IMG/VR virus record: IMGVR_UViG_3300017716_002237
Coordinates: 1 to 34,948 of that record
Source: a virus
Lineage: Duplodnaviria; Caudoviricetes
Direction: 5' to 3' (one strand)
Length of the DNA stretch: 34,948 bases
Part shown: positions 18,156 to 25,903 of the stretch, in pieces
How the letters are laid out: the number at the start of each line of letters is the position of its first letter
How positions within the stretch are numbered: position 1 is the stretch's first letter
Translations under genes and position numbers: made by a program
The notes under the pieces: generated by a model
Told to the model about the DNA's origin: nothing
The model's input: the letters and a program-made list of their open reading frames with translations, nothing else
Databases searched by the model: none

Positions 18156-18508
18156 GGCTAGCACAGGTTGTAAAAATTGTTTTAGTTGTCGCCATTGTAG
18201 CCTACATAGTTACTTTGGCTTTTTTGTTTTACAACAAGCCGCAAAAAACTACTGACACTAGCGTTTCAGTTGAAAAGGTTTTAGAGCCAAGCCGCAAGGT
18301 TATAGACAACCTAAATAAACAGGAGAAACAAGAAGTTAAAAGGTGGAAATCTAGAAACACACATTATGAGAAACAAGATAGCATTATTTTTAGCAGCAAC
18401 GATAGCTCTAAGTTCGCTTTGCTCCGCTCAAACATCGAAAGGTATAGATACCTGCTTGACAGCGCAAGACGCAGATATAATCAACCTAGCCTTCAACAAA
18501 CTAGATAA
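18152..18508 (+). CDS. Inner-membrane spanin-like protein (Rz-like)
   Basis: N-terminal TM segment followed by a helical region; located in the lysis cassette and overlapped by the next gene. Confidence 0.55.
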   Translation: MRLAQVVKIVLVVAIVAYIVTLAFLFYNKPQKTTDTSVSVEKVLEPSRKVIDNLNKQEKQEVKRWKSRNTHYEKQDSIIFSSNDSSKFALLRSNIERYRYLLDSARRRYNQPSLQQTR

Positions 18509-18740
18509 GGAACAAGAGCGCTGCGCCTCTCTTAATAAAAGAATTATGCTCAAGGACAGTCAAAACATTGTGCTTGGCTGGCAAGTAGATACGCTAGTAT
18601 CCAGAGACAAGACGCACACCTCAACAATAAAGCAGCTAGCAAAAGAAAACAGGCAACTCGATTACACTAAAAGACTAACGCTAGTGACGGCTCTCGTTGC
18701 TGTAAGCTTGAACATTATACTCCTGAGCTTGTTAAACTAA
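18366..18740 (+). CDS. Second spanin-like component (signal peptide, coiled-coil, C-terminal hydrophobic helix)
   Basis: Overlaps the previous gene by 143 nt. Starts MRNKIALFLAATIALSSLC and ends LTLVTALVAVSLNIILLSLLN. Confidence 0.5.
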   Translation: MRNKIALFLAATIALSSLCSAQTSKGIDTCLTAQDADIINLAFNKLDKEQERCASLNKRIMLKDSQNIVLGWQVDTLVSRDKTHTSTIKQLAKENRQLDYTKRLTLVTALVAVSLNIILLSLLN

Positions 18741-18855
18741 CAGGCTCTAGGCCTTCAAGGTTTCTATACCTATCATAGCCTTTAGCCTGCGCTAAATTCG
18801 GCTAAAAGATTTTCGACCTGAAAATCAATCGTAATCAAAAAAAGTTGGAAAATAT

Positions 18856-18887
18856 TTTGCGAGTATCAAAACTTTCCCCGAAGTTTG
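18856..18887 (+). promoter_or_regulatory. Putative early promoter (Bacteroidota -33 TTTG / -7 TAnnTTTG type)
   Basis: TTTG at 18856-18859, a 20-nt spacer, then GAAGTTTG at 18880-18887 (one mismatch), at the start of the early gene block. Confidence 0.5.
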
Positions 18888-19002
18888 AGCCATGAGTTTT
18901 TCGCAACCAACCACACTACACACCAACCCTAGCCTATCTAGGGTTCCAGCTGGAATGCTTGCAACAGTAAACATCAACATTAACCAACCAAACACTAGCG
19001 AC

Positions 19003-19278
19003 ATGAACAAAGCACGCAAACAACAACTAGCAGCCTTTAACCTTAAAGTTGAAGCGCTTAAAGAACAAATCGCAACACTTAGCGAGGACTTAATCGAGTT
19101 TCTTGAAGAGGAACTAGAACTAGCAGAGAACGTTTCAGAGAATCTTCAAAGCGGTGACGCTTGGGAGTCTAGGCAAGAAGACATTGAAAACCTTGAAGCC
19201 TCCAGCGCTGCATTGGAATCATCTGTCGAGAGCCTGTCAGAATGTATCGAAGAAGCAACCAAAATCACAGAAAACTAA
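19003..19278 (+). CDS. Highly acidic early protein (91 aa)
   Basis: Track ORF 18892..19278 with the start moved to ATG 19003, behind an A/C-rich leader. Confidence 0.7.
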   Translation: MNKARKQQLAAFNLKVEALKEQIATLSEDLIEFLEEELELAENVSENLQSGDAWESRQEDIENLEASSAALESSVESLSECIEEATKITEN

Positions 19279-19304
19279 ACAAACCAATTAAACACATAAA
19301 CAAC

Positions 19305-19757
19305 ATGGCAAACACAGTTAACCAGCTTAGAAGACTAAGCAAACCGCAGTTACAAGTTCAATCTTACCAACTACTAGCTAAGGCTGTAGGGGCTGCATTC
19401 GTAGGAAAAAGCAAAGAGATGTTAGTTGACATCATTCTTTTCCGCAGAGAACTAGCAACAGGAGTTGGTTTGGTTCTCGAGAACAACAAAGTTTTAGGCG
19501 CTCATGTTACTGAGCCAGCAACCGAAGACGAAACGCTTAACGTTTCTCAAGAAGAGGTTGAAATCCCTGCCCGAAAGGCTGCAAGGCCTAAAAAGGAGGT
19601 TACCCCACTTGGAACGCTCGAAGAATTAAAGGCAGCGCTCGAAGCTAGATACGGCAGCAACTCAGGCGAAATGTATCAAGGCCTAATAGAAGGCGGCTTT
19701 AAAGGTTTTAAACTTCGCAAGGCCTTGAACTCAATGATTAACAGAAAACAAAACTAA
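19305..19757 (+). CDS. Hypothetical early protein
   Basis: Track ORF 19242..19757 with the start moved to ATG 19305, behind aaacacataaacaac. Confidence 0.7.
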   Translation: MANTVNQLRRLSKPQLQVQSYQLLAKAVGAAFVGKSKEMLVDIILFRRELATGVGLVLENNKVLGAHVTEPATEDETLNVSQEEVEIPARKAARPKKEVTPLGTLEELKAALEARYGSNSGEMYQGLIEGGFKGFKLRKALNSMINRKQN

Positions 19758-19774
19758 CCAAACAACCAACAAAT

Positions 19775-20254
19775 ATGACAATCAAAAAACAAACAGCCGC
19801 TCAATTAGCATTATCTACATTTGGGCCAAACATTTGCAAACTTGTGTACGCTTCAAAGCTTGCTGGTCTAAGCCCTGAAGAGGCTTACGACTTTAATTTC
19901 GAAGGTTCTGCTAAGTTTACTCCAGTAGCAGAGAAAATCAAGATAGCTGAGAACTTGGCTAAGGTTGGGCAATCACTTGCAAAGTCTAGTAAAGTTAGGC
20001 CGCAAGATACTGACAAGATTACTGAAGGGCTACCTTACCTTGTAGAGCTTAGAGAAATTAGAAGCGTTCCTAGCAAACCAATTCAAACCCACTTTGCAAC
20101 TTGTCAAGAGGCCTTGGAACAACACAGAAAATTGAGAGACCAAGCTTGCAACCTCGCAGCTTTCGCGGACACCCATACCGAAATTGAGATTTACTCTTAC
20201 AGAACTGCAGAAGTTGTAAAGCTTTCAACCTTCAAATCAACACACAATTCATAG
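19775..20254 (+). CDS. Hypothetical early protein
   Basis: 159-aa ORF with an A/C-rich leader. Confidence 0.7.
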   Translation: MTIKKQTAAQLALSTFGPNICKLVYASKLAGLSPEEAYDFNFEGSAKFTPVAEKIKIAENLAKVGQSLAKSSKVRPQDTDKITEGLPYLVELREIRSVPSKPIQTHFATCQEALEQHRKLRDQACNLAAFADTHTEIEIYSYRTAEVVKLSTFKSTHNS

Positions 20255-20288
20255 TCAACAACCAACAACCAACCAAACAACAACAAAC

Positions 20289-21209
20289 ATGGTACAATCA
20301 TTTAACAAGGCAAAATTTGCAGCAGGTCTTTCTATTGAGGAAAGAGTTTTTGAACTTTTGGAGGTTACAGGCCTTAACTGGACAGTGAACAAGGAGCAGT
20401 TGGCTACCAAAGATGGTAGAGATACTGAAAGCTACGGCATTTTCCGTAACGACAACCAGCAGTGGTTAGGCACAATGGGTAGAGCATACACACCTTTTCA
20501 GAACCATGAAGTAGCCGAAACAATCGTTATGGCTTCGGATGGCTTGGGTATAGAAGTTAACAGGGGCGGCGAACTTGCTGGTGGCAGAAGAGTATTCTTG
20601 CAGGCTGAACTTCCTGAGGAATATGTAGGAAAATCTGGCGTTAAGCGTTGGGTTACTTGCACAAACAGCCACGACGGAAGTACTAGCATAGGTTTCGGCT
20701 CGACCAATACAGTAATTGTTTGCGAGAACACGTTTCACGTGGCATACAAGGGTATATCCAAAATTCGCCATACTTCTGGAGCTGCCGACAGAGTTCAGGC
20801 AGCTATGTTAGACCTTAGAACCACAATGGATTTAGACAACACATTGTTTCGCAAGTTCAAGATTCTAGCAGACAACAAGTGTGAAGAGGCTTTCGTCGCC
20901 AGACTTACTAAGAAGTTGTTTGGCGTAGAGATGGAGGCCAAGACCAGCGAAATATCCGCTCGCAAGCGCAACCAAGTAACTGCTTTTATAGACAGCATAG
21001 AGAAAGAGTTTGTTTTAGAAGGGTCAACTCTATGGGGATTATTCAACGGAGTTACTAGGTACACCAACCACGTAGCAGCACCTAAGGAAGAAGCGCAAAA
21101 AGATGACTATCTTTATTCTGGTGGTGGTTACGCTTTGAGCAATATGGCTTTCGACGAAGTAATGAGCTATCTAGATAACAATAGCAGAGAACTTGTTTAC
21201 GCAAACTAA
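20289..21209 (+). CDS. DUF932 / TIGR03299 family phage-plasmid protein
   Basis: Motifs GLNWTV, YTPFQN, GGRRVF, NSHDGS, VIVCENT, IRHT and TLWGLFNGVTRYTNH. Confidence 0.85.
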   Translation: MVQSFNKAKFAAGLSIEERVFELLEVTGLNWTVNKEQLATKDGRDTESYGIFRNDNQQWLGTMGRAYTPFQNHEVAETIVMASDGLGIEVNRGGELAGGRRVFLQAELPEEYVGKSGVKRWVTCTNSHDGSTSIGFGSTNTVIVCENTFHVAYKGISKIRHTSGAADRVQAAMLDLRTTMDLDNTLFRKFKILADNKCEEAFVARLTKKLFGVEMEAKTSEISARKRNQVTAFIDSIEKEFVLEGSTLWGLFNGVTRYTNHVAAPKEEAQKDDYLYSGGGYALSNMAFDEVMSYLDNNSRELVYAN

Positions 21210-21248
21210 TTTTAAATGGGGTTAGGTTTTGAGCCTGACCCCTTAAAA
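21210..21248 (+). terminator. Intergenic stem-loop (terminator or processing site)
   Basis: ttttaa.ggggttagg...cctgacccc.ttaaaa inverted repeat; no downstream U-tract. Confidence 0.45.
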
Positions 21249-21258
21249 CACAAACAAA

Positions 21259-21444
21259 ATGCAACAGGAAACACCGAAAAAAGGCAGGGAGGCGACCAAG
21301 CCAGCAAGAAAGTCAACTAGTTTAGCAGTTGACAAGACATTGTTGCCAAGAATCAAAAAGCTACAGAAAGCTAGGTTCAATCAATCTTTCAACGACCTTG
21401 CGAACGAGGCGCTTAGTGCTTACCTAGTTCAACAGGGATTTTAA
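21259..21444 (+). CDS. Ribbon-helix-helix (Arc/CopG-like) transcriptional regulator
   Basis: Beta strand RKSTSLAV followed by two helices ending SFNDLANEALSAYL. Confidence 0.65.
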   Translation: MQQETPKKGREATKPARKSTSLAVDKTLLPRIKKLQKARFNQSFNDLANEALSAYLVQQGF

Positions 21445-21466
21445 CCAACCATAACCAACCAAACCA

Positions 21467-21625
21467 ATGCACGTAAAAAACTACATAAACAGGTACAACA
21501 AAGTTGACGCTTTGCGAACCATTGCCATTAAGGAAGGTAATATCTACAAGAAAAAACAGGCCGACTATCTTTGTGCTATTATAGCTAAAAAGGTCGGAAA
21601 ACTAGCTAATTTCAGTTTAAACTAA
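21467..21625 (+). CDS. Small basic hypothetical protein (52 aa, not in ORF track)
   Basis: MHVKNYINRYNKVDALR...ANFSLN with an aaccaaccaaacca leader; fills the gap between genes. Confidence 0.6.
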   Translation: MHVKNYINRYNKVDALRTIAIKEGNIYKKKQADYLCAIIAKKVGKLANFSLN

Positions 21626-21634
21626 CCAACAACC

Positions 21635-21832
21635 ATGAACGAAGCACTATTTCACGCAAGAACAGCAGAATCTAACATTGAGGAAGGTTTGCTCCTCATC
21701 AACAAGGCAGGCAAAGACCTTAGCGCAACTTCGCTAATGAAAGCCAAGTCCAAAATAGCAGACGCTTTATTTCACATTCAACAATCCAAACAACACATAA
21801 CACACAATGCTACAAGAACACAAAAAATTTAG
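21635..21832 (+). CDS. Hypothetical protein
   Basis: 65-aa ORF with an A/C-rich leader. Confidence 0.6.
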   Translation: MNEALFHARTAESNIEEGLLLINKAGKDLSATSLMKAKSKIADALFHIQQSKQHITHNATRTQKI

Positions 21833-22256
21833 AGCTGGTAAAACTTTCAGGTTTGTGGACAAACCTAACACCATTCTTATCCTAGTCAAGTATGACGCAA
21901 CATGGGCTGTATGCGACACGACTACATGGGTTTTGTATCCTAACAGGTTCTCGCAAGTGGAGGAGTTTTGCACATCTAGTCAGGTTTGCGTAATGGCTGG
22001 CGGCGAAAATATTGTAGAGTTTTCTAGTCCTTTCGTCAAGTCAGACGCAAGAGAGGCCTTAGAAAAATACGCTCACGAGAAATTAACTGAAGAGGCCGAC
22101 ACCACCAGCAGCTTAGACAGGCTAATGGACTTGGCTAAGCTTAGCGCTTCTATGGGTTTATCGTTCGCTCACGAGAACATTAAAGCTCAAATGAAGAGCC
22201 TAACGGACACGTACTTTGAAGACCTAGAAAACATTGACCACCATAACCAAGGATAA
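21807..22256 (+). CDS. Hypothetical protein
   Basis: 149-aa ORF in the early operon. Confidence 0.65.
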   Translation: MLQEHKKFRAGKTFRFVDKPNTILILVKYDATWAVCDTTTWVLYPNRFSQVEEFCTSSQVCVMAGGENIVEFSSPFVKSDAREALEKYAHEKLTEEADTTSSLDRLMDLAKLSASMGLSFAHENIKAQMKSLTDTYFEDLENIDHHNQG

Positions 22257-22262
22257 ACTAAA

Positions 22263-22814
22263 ATGAGTAAGGAACTAGTAAAAATCGAAACTTTGTATGA
22301 CGACTTAGAGTTGGCATCAAAGAACAATGAGCTAAACAGGCTTTTGGCTCAACCTCCTAAAAAGGAGTGGATAAAGCAAAACAAGTTTGCCGACAACACT
22401 GAATACCTACCTATCGACAAGGTTGAATTCTTGCTGGTGGCTGTATATGGCAAGTTCTCTGTCGAGATAAAAAGCGTTAGCGTTATAGCTAATAGCGTTG
22501 TGGTGGTGGTTAGGCTTCACGTTCGTAACCCAGTATCAGGAGAGCACGAATTTCAAGATGGAGTAGGCGCTGCGCCTATACAGACAGACAAAGGAGCAGC
22601 CGCAACAGACTTTAGCAAGGTTAAGACTAGTGCTGTGCAAATGTGTTCACCTGCAGCAGAAAGCTACGCTATAAAAGATGCAGCAGAAAAGTTTGGCAGG
22701 CTATTTGGTAAAGACCTCAACAGAAAAGACGTTGCCTCCATGTCAGCTTTCATAGAGAACAAGAGCGTTTTGTTCGACGAGATACTTAAAGAAAGGGGAA
22801 TGGACAATGGCTAA
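22263..22814 (+). CDS. Single-strand annealing protein (Rad52/Sak-like)
   Basis: Motifs EYLPIDKVE, QDGVGA and AESYAIKDAAEKFGRLFGKDLNRK; close to the exonuclease gene. Confidence 0.65.
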   Translation: MSKELVKIETLYDDLELASKNNELNRLLAQPPKKEWIKQNKFADNTEYLPIDKVEFLLVAVYGKFSVEIKSVSVIANSVVVVVRLHVRNPVSGEHEFQDGVGAAPIQTDKGAAATDFSKVKTSAVQMCSPAAESYAIKDAAEKFGRLFGKDLNRKDVASMSAFIENKSVLFDEILKERGMDNG

Positions 22815-23184
22815 CGTAACAGGAACCACTAAACAAAAGGCTCAAAAGATAAAACATAGGAACATACAAAGAAGGTTTCTAGATATCCAGAAGCTAAGTT
22901 CTAACCCTACTTGGAGATACAACGTTATCGAGAAAATGGAGGAATGTCTGCCCAGACTTGGCTACCTTTGTATGGCTTTCGCAACTGCGACACGCTGCGA
23001 GTACGACGAAGCCAAGATTGAAAAGTTCATGTGTAAAGTGCTACCTGAGGTTAAGAAGCGCAAGCCAAAGGCAGTGGATAGGACATTCGGAGCGGTTCGC
23101 TGGTTTCAAAGTGGTGACTTATCCAACAGAATGCAATTACTCAAAGACGCAAAGCAAGAAGCAGCACAAAAAACAAACATTTAA
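22807..23184 (+). CDS. Hypothetical protein
   Basis: 125-aa basic ORF. Confidence 0.6.
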   Translation: MANVTGTTKQKAQKIKHRNIQRRFLDIQKLSSNPTWRYNVIEKMEECLPRLGYLCMAFATATRCEYDEAKIEKFMCKVLPEVKKRKPKAVDRTFGAVRWFQSGDLSNRMQLLKDAKQEAAQKTNI

Positions 23185-23198
23185 CCAACACAACAAAC

Positions 23199-23867
23199 AT
23201 GGAAAACGAAGCACAAAGATTATGGAAAATCAAGAGGCTAGCAAGAGCTACCTCTAGCGAGTTCAGTAACATCATAGGGCTAGACAAGAAAGGAAATTTT
23301 CCTTCTGTAGCTGGCGAAACCTATCTGAATACTGTGCTAGCAGAGCTTATGACAGCTCAAGAGGTTACTGACAGCAGGCCGACATTCATGGCTACAGAAT
23401 GGGGTTTAGAAAATGAACCATTAGCATTCGATTCATTCAAAGAGTACTTAGGTCAGGAAGGGTGGGAGTATTTTGGAACCTACGCACCAAAGTTCTTTAC
23501 TTACGGCAAGTGGTGTGGAGGCTCTCCAGACTCGCACAACGCTATGCTTAGGGCTGTCGCTGAATTCAAATGCCCAATGAATAGCGCAATCCACTTGCAA
23601 CACTTGTCTTTCGATACAGTAGAAAAGTTCAAGGCAAAGAAACCTGATGCTTACTGGCAACTTTTAGGTAACGCAGTTATTACTGGTAGCGCAACCTGTC
23701 ACTTTGTAAGCTTTGACAAGAGGTACATACACAAGAACCTACAACTTCATGTGCTTAGCTTTGAACTTCCTAAAGAAGATGCAGAGCTGGTATTTACTAG
23801 ACTAAACCAATGCGTCGAATGGCTAGAAAGCAAAGCGCAAATTTTACTTGAAAGGGCTGTAAACTAA
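23199..23867 (+). CDS. YqaJ / lambda-exonuclease family recombinase nuclease
   Basis: Motifs R..RATSSE, WGLENE, GGSPD, EFKCP, YWQ and FVSFD. Confidence 0.85.
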   Translation: MENEAQRLWKIKRLARATSSEFSNIIGLDKKGNFPSVAGETYLNTVLAELMTAQEVTDSRPTFMATEWGLENEPLAFDSFKEYLGQEGWEYFGTYAPKFFTYGKWCGGSPDSHNAMLRAVAEFKCPMNSAIHLQHLSFDTVEKFKAKKPDAYWQLLGNAVITGSATCHFVSFDKRYIHKNLQLHVLSFELPKEDAELVFTRLNQCVEWLESKAQILLERAVN

Positions 23868-24322
23868 TGACACCAAAGCAAGCAATAACCCTACTGGAAA
23901 ACAAGGGGTATATAGTATTAAAGCCAAAGGAAAGAGGTTTCGGAGACATTAGCAGGCTAAGCAAGAACTCTGAAAGGATACTTGAAAGTTATGCTAGATA
24001 TGCCTGCGAAGCTGTTGGTGTTGGGTTTAACGAGATTAGAGCTAAAGGCAAGAAGCGTGAAAACGTCATCATTAGGCAGGTCATTACCTACAGGATAGAC
24101 GAAACCAAAGCCTTTACGCAAAAAGAGATAGCTGCTATATGGAAACAGGACAGAAGCACGCAAGTTCATTCAGTTCAGTTGATAACAGACCTTTTGGCTA
24201 TCAAAGACCCTTTTGTAGCTAACCTACTAAGCAAGATACCTGCCTTTGTATTCGAGACACCAGCGCCATTTAACCCTAACAGGATTAAAACAGGCCTAGC
24301 AACTGATGAACAAGAAGATTAA
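23867..24322 (+). CDS. DnaA C-terminal (domain IV)-like HTH protein
   Basis: Pattern KKRENVIIRQV...TQKEIAAIWKQDRSTQVHS resembles DnaA domain IV (R..AMYL...S..IG..F.RDHTTV.HA). Confidence 0.65.
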   Translation: MTPKQAITLLENKGYIVLKPKERGFGDISRLSKNSERILESYARYACEAVGVGFNEIRAKGKKRENVIIRQVITYRIDETKAFTQKEIAAIWKQDRSTQVHSVQLITDLLAIKDPFVANLLSKIPAFVFETPAPFNPNRIKTGLATDEQED

Positions 24323-24333
24323 ACCGCAAAACA

Positions 24334-24690
24334 ATGAAAGAAACTAAAAACAACTTGCAAAGCAGAATCGAAAACCTTAGGTTGCTGCTAAACTATGAAC
24401 TAAGAGCTGCGGAAGGTTTGACAGACCTAGAACACAGGAAAAAGAGCGGTAAGGTTGTCGCCAAGTACAGGCAGTTAATAATGTGCGCTTGCGCTTTCAA
24501 GTCCTTGGAATCTATGGAATCTGAGATAGAAAAGCTCAAGCTTAAGATTTCCTATAGACAGGAAGGCGCTAAGCATATTAAAGACAGCAGGCTGTACGGA
24601 GAAAAGCAAACCAAGGAAATGATAGCAGTTCTTGGTATATCAGAGCTAAAATCCCAGTTATCAACACTAATGCATATTTACAATGCGTGA
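24334..24690 (+). CDS. Hypothetical protein
   Basis: 118-aa helical ORF. Confidence 0.6.
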   Translation: MKETKNNLQSRIENLRLLLNYELRAAEGLTDLEHRKKSGKVVAKYRQLIMCACAFKSLESMESEIEKLKLKISYRQEGAKHIKDSRLYGEKQTKEMIAVLGISELKSQLSTLMHIYNA

Positions 24691-24925
24691 GGTTTCGCCA
24701 AGCAAAATTTACACAACACCTAAAGGGGCTAAGGTTAAGCTTACAGGTGTTTGCGTAAAGGATACTAGGTGGTATGGAACAATCCAGAACATAGAAACCA
24801 AAGCCTTTGTAGAGATGCCTTTAGGTGTCATTGACAACTCTCTTGTAGAAACAACAGAGGTTGTCGACCACGAAATTAGTCACAGAGATTATAAACAAAC
24901 TAAAAAACCAAACACAAAACAATGA
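24683..24925 (+). CDS. Hypothetical protein
   Basis: 80-aa ORF overlapping both neighbours. Confidence 0.6.
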   Translation: MREVSPSKIYTTPKGAKVKLTGVCVKDTRWYGTIQNIETKAFVEMPLGVIDNSLVETTEVVDHEISHRDYKQTKKPNTKQ

Positions 24926-25218
24926 ACATTTTAGAAAGAGCTAATGGTATCGTCAACCTAAATGACGAAGAGCATGTAAGGAAGTATGGCAACTTTATCG
25001 CAAACATGGAGAGGTGCGCTAGAATAGCATCAGAAATGAGCGACAAGGAGATTACCACTGAAGACGCTTACAACGTAATAATAGCTGTCAAGTTATCTAG
25101 ACAATCAGTCAACGACAAGGAGGATAACCTGCTGGATGCTGTAGCATACATGGGTTCGCTTAACAACTACCTAGAAAGAGACAGAGTAAAGCTTAGAAAG
25201 GGTCACGCTAATGTTTAA
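24922..25218 (+). CDS. DUF6378-like all-alpha protein (nucleotide-metabolism associated)
   Basis: Motifs ILERA, YG, N..R.A.I.S, VKLSR and DNLLDAVAY. Confidence 0.7.
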   Translation: MNILERANGIVNLNDEEHVRKYGNFIANMERCARIASEMSDKEITTEDAYNVIIAVKLSRQSVNDKEDNLLDAVAYMGSLNNYLERDRVKLRKGHANV

Positions 25219-25903
25219 CAACAAGGTTATACAATACCTTAATTCGCCATACTTGCTGCTAGCAAACCCTAAGTTTAACGACTTTTTCGAGCTTACAGAC
25301 AAGGAAGCTGAAGAGCTGAAAGAATTGAGGCCGCTCATTCAATACCATATGAGGTATGCAATGCTTGGGGAAGCACCTTACGAATTGCTTAGAGAGGGTT
25401 TGGATGCTTACTTTAGGGTTTACCTTTACAAAATATGGTTTCACCTTGGATATTACGGATTGCAAAACAAGGTGTTGCTAGATTATTGCGGCGGCAAAGG
25501 TTCTTATGCCAAGCAATTTGAGGCTGACAATCCACTTAGTACAGCAATAGTGCTAGACAGAGAAGGGGATATATCAGTTGACTTTGAGGCGAAACCAGAC
25601 TGGTATAAGGGTACGCTTCATGAAGGCGTGTACGACTTTGTTCTTCTAAGCGAAATACTTCATTGCAAAAACTTAGAATGGCAAGAGTACCTAATATTTT
25701 CCAGCCATGAAGTCTGCAAGCAAGGCGGAACGCTTATTATAGTAGAAAACGAGGATATCTTTATGGCTGAAAGGCTTGAAGAGTTAAAAGGAACAAAACT
25801 TGTTTCATCTAGAGATATACTCAGGCTTACAGAAGGTTTATTTCAATTAAAAAAATCATTTAAAATCAACGACCACACAATTTATGAATTTAAGAAAATC
25901 TAA
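25211..25903 (+). CDS. Class I SAM-dependent methyltransferase (small-molecule type)
   Basis: Motif I VLLDYCGGKG, post-I IVLD, motif II YDFVLLSEILH and motif III QGGTLIIVE. No DPPY/NPPY or PCQ DNA-methyltransferase motif. Confidence 0.85.
   Translation: MFNNKVIQYLNSPYLLLANPKFNDFFELTDKEAEELKELRPLIQYHMRYAMLGEAPYELLREGLDAYFRVYLYKIWFHLGYYGLQNKVLLDYCGGKGSYAKQFEADNPLSTAIVLDREGDISVDFEAKPDWYKGTLHEGVYDFVLLSEILHCKNLEWQEYLIFSSHEVCKQGGTLIIVENEDIFMAERLEELKGTKLVSSRDILRLTEGLFQLKKSFKINDHTIYEFKKI

Noticed and set aside
18741-21444. Lysogeny module
   Set aside because: No integrase, divergent cI/cro pair or partition genes were recognised; only a lone RHH protein is present.
25211-25903. DNA methyltransferase call
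   Set aside because: It lacks the (D/N/S)PP(Y/F) and PCQ catalytic motifs and an obvious target-recognition domain. Its motifs match small-molecule class I methyltransferases.
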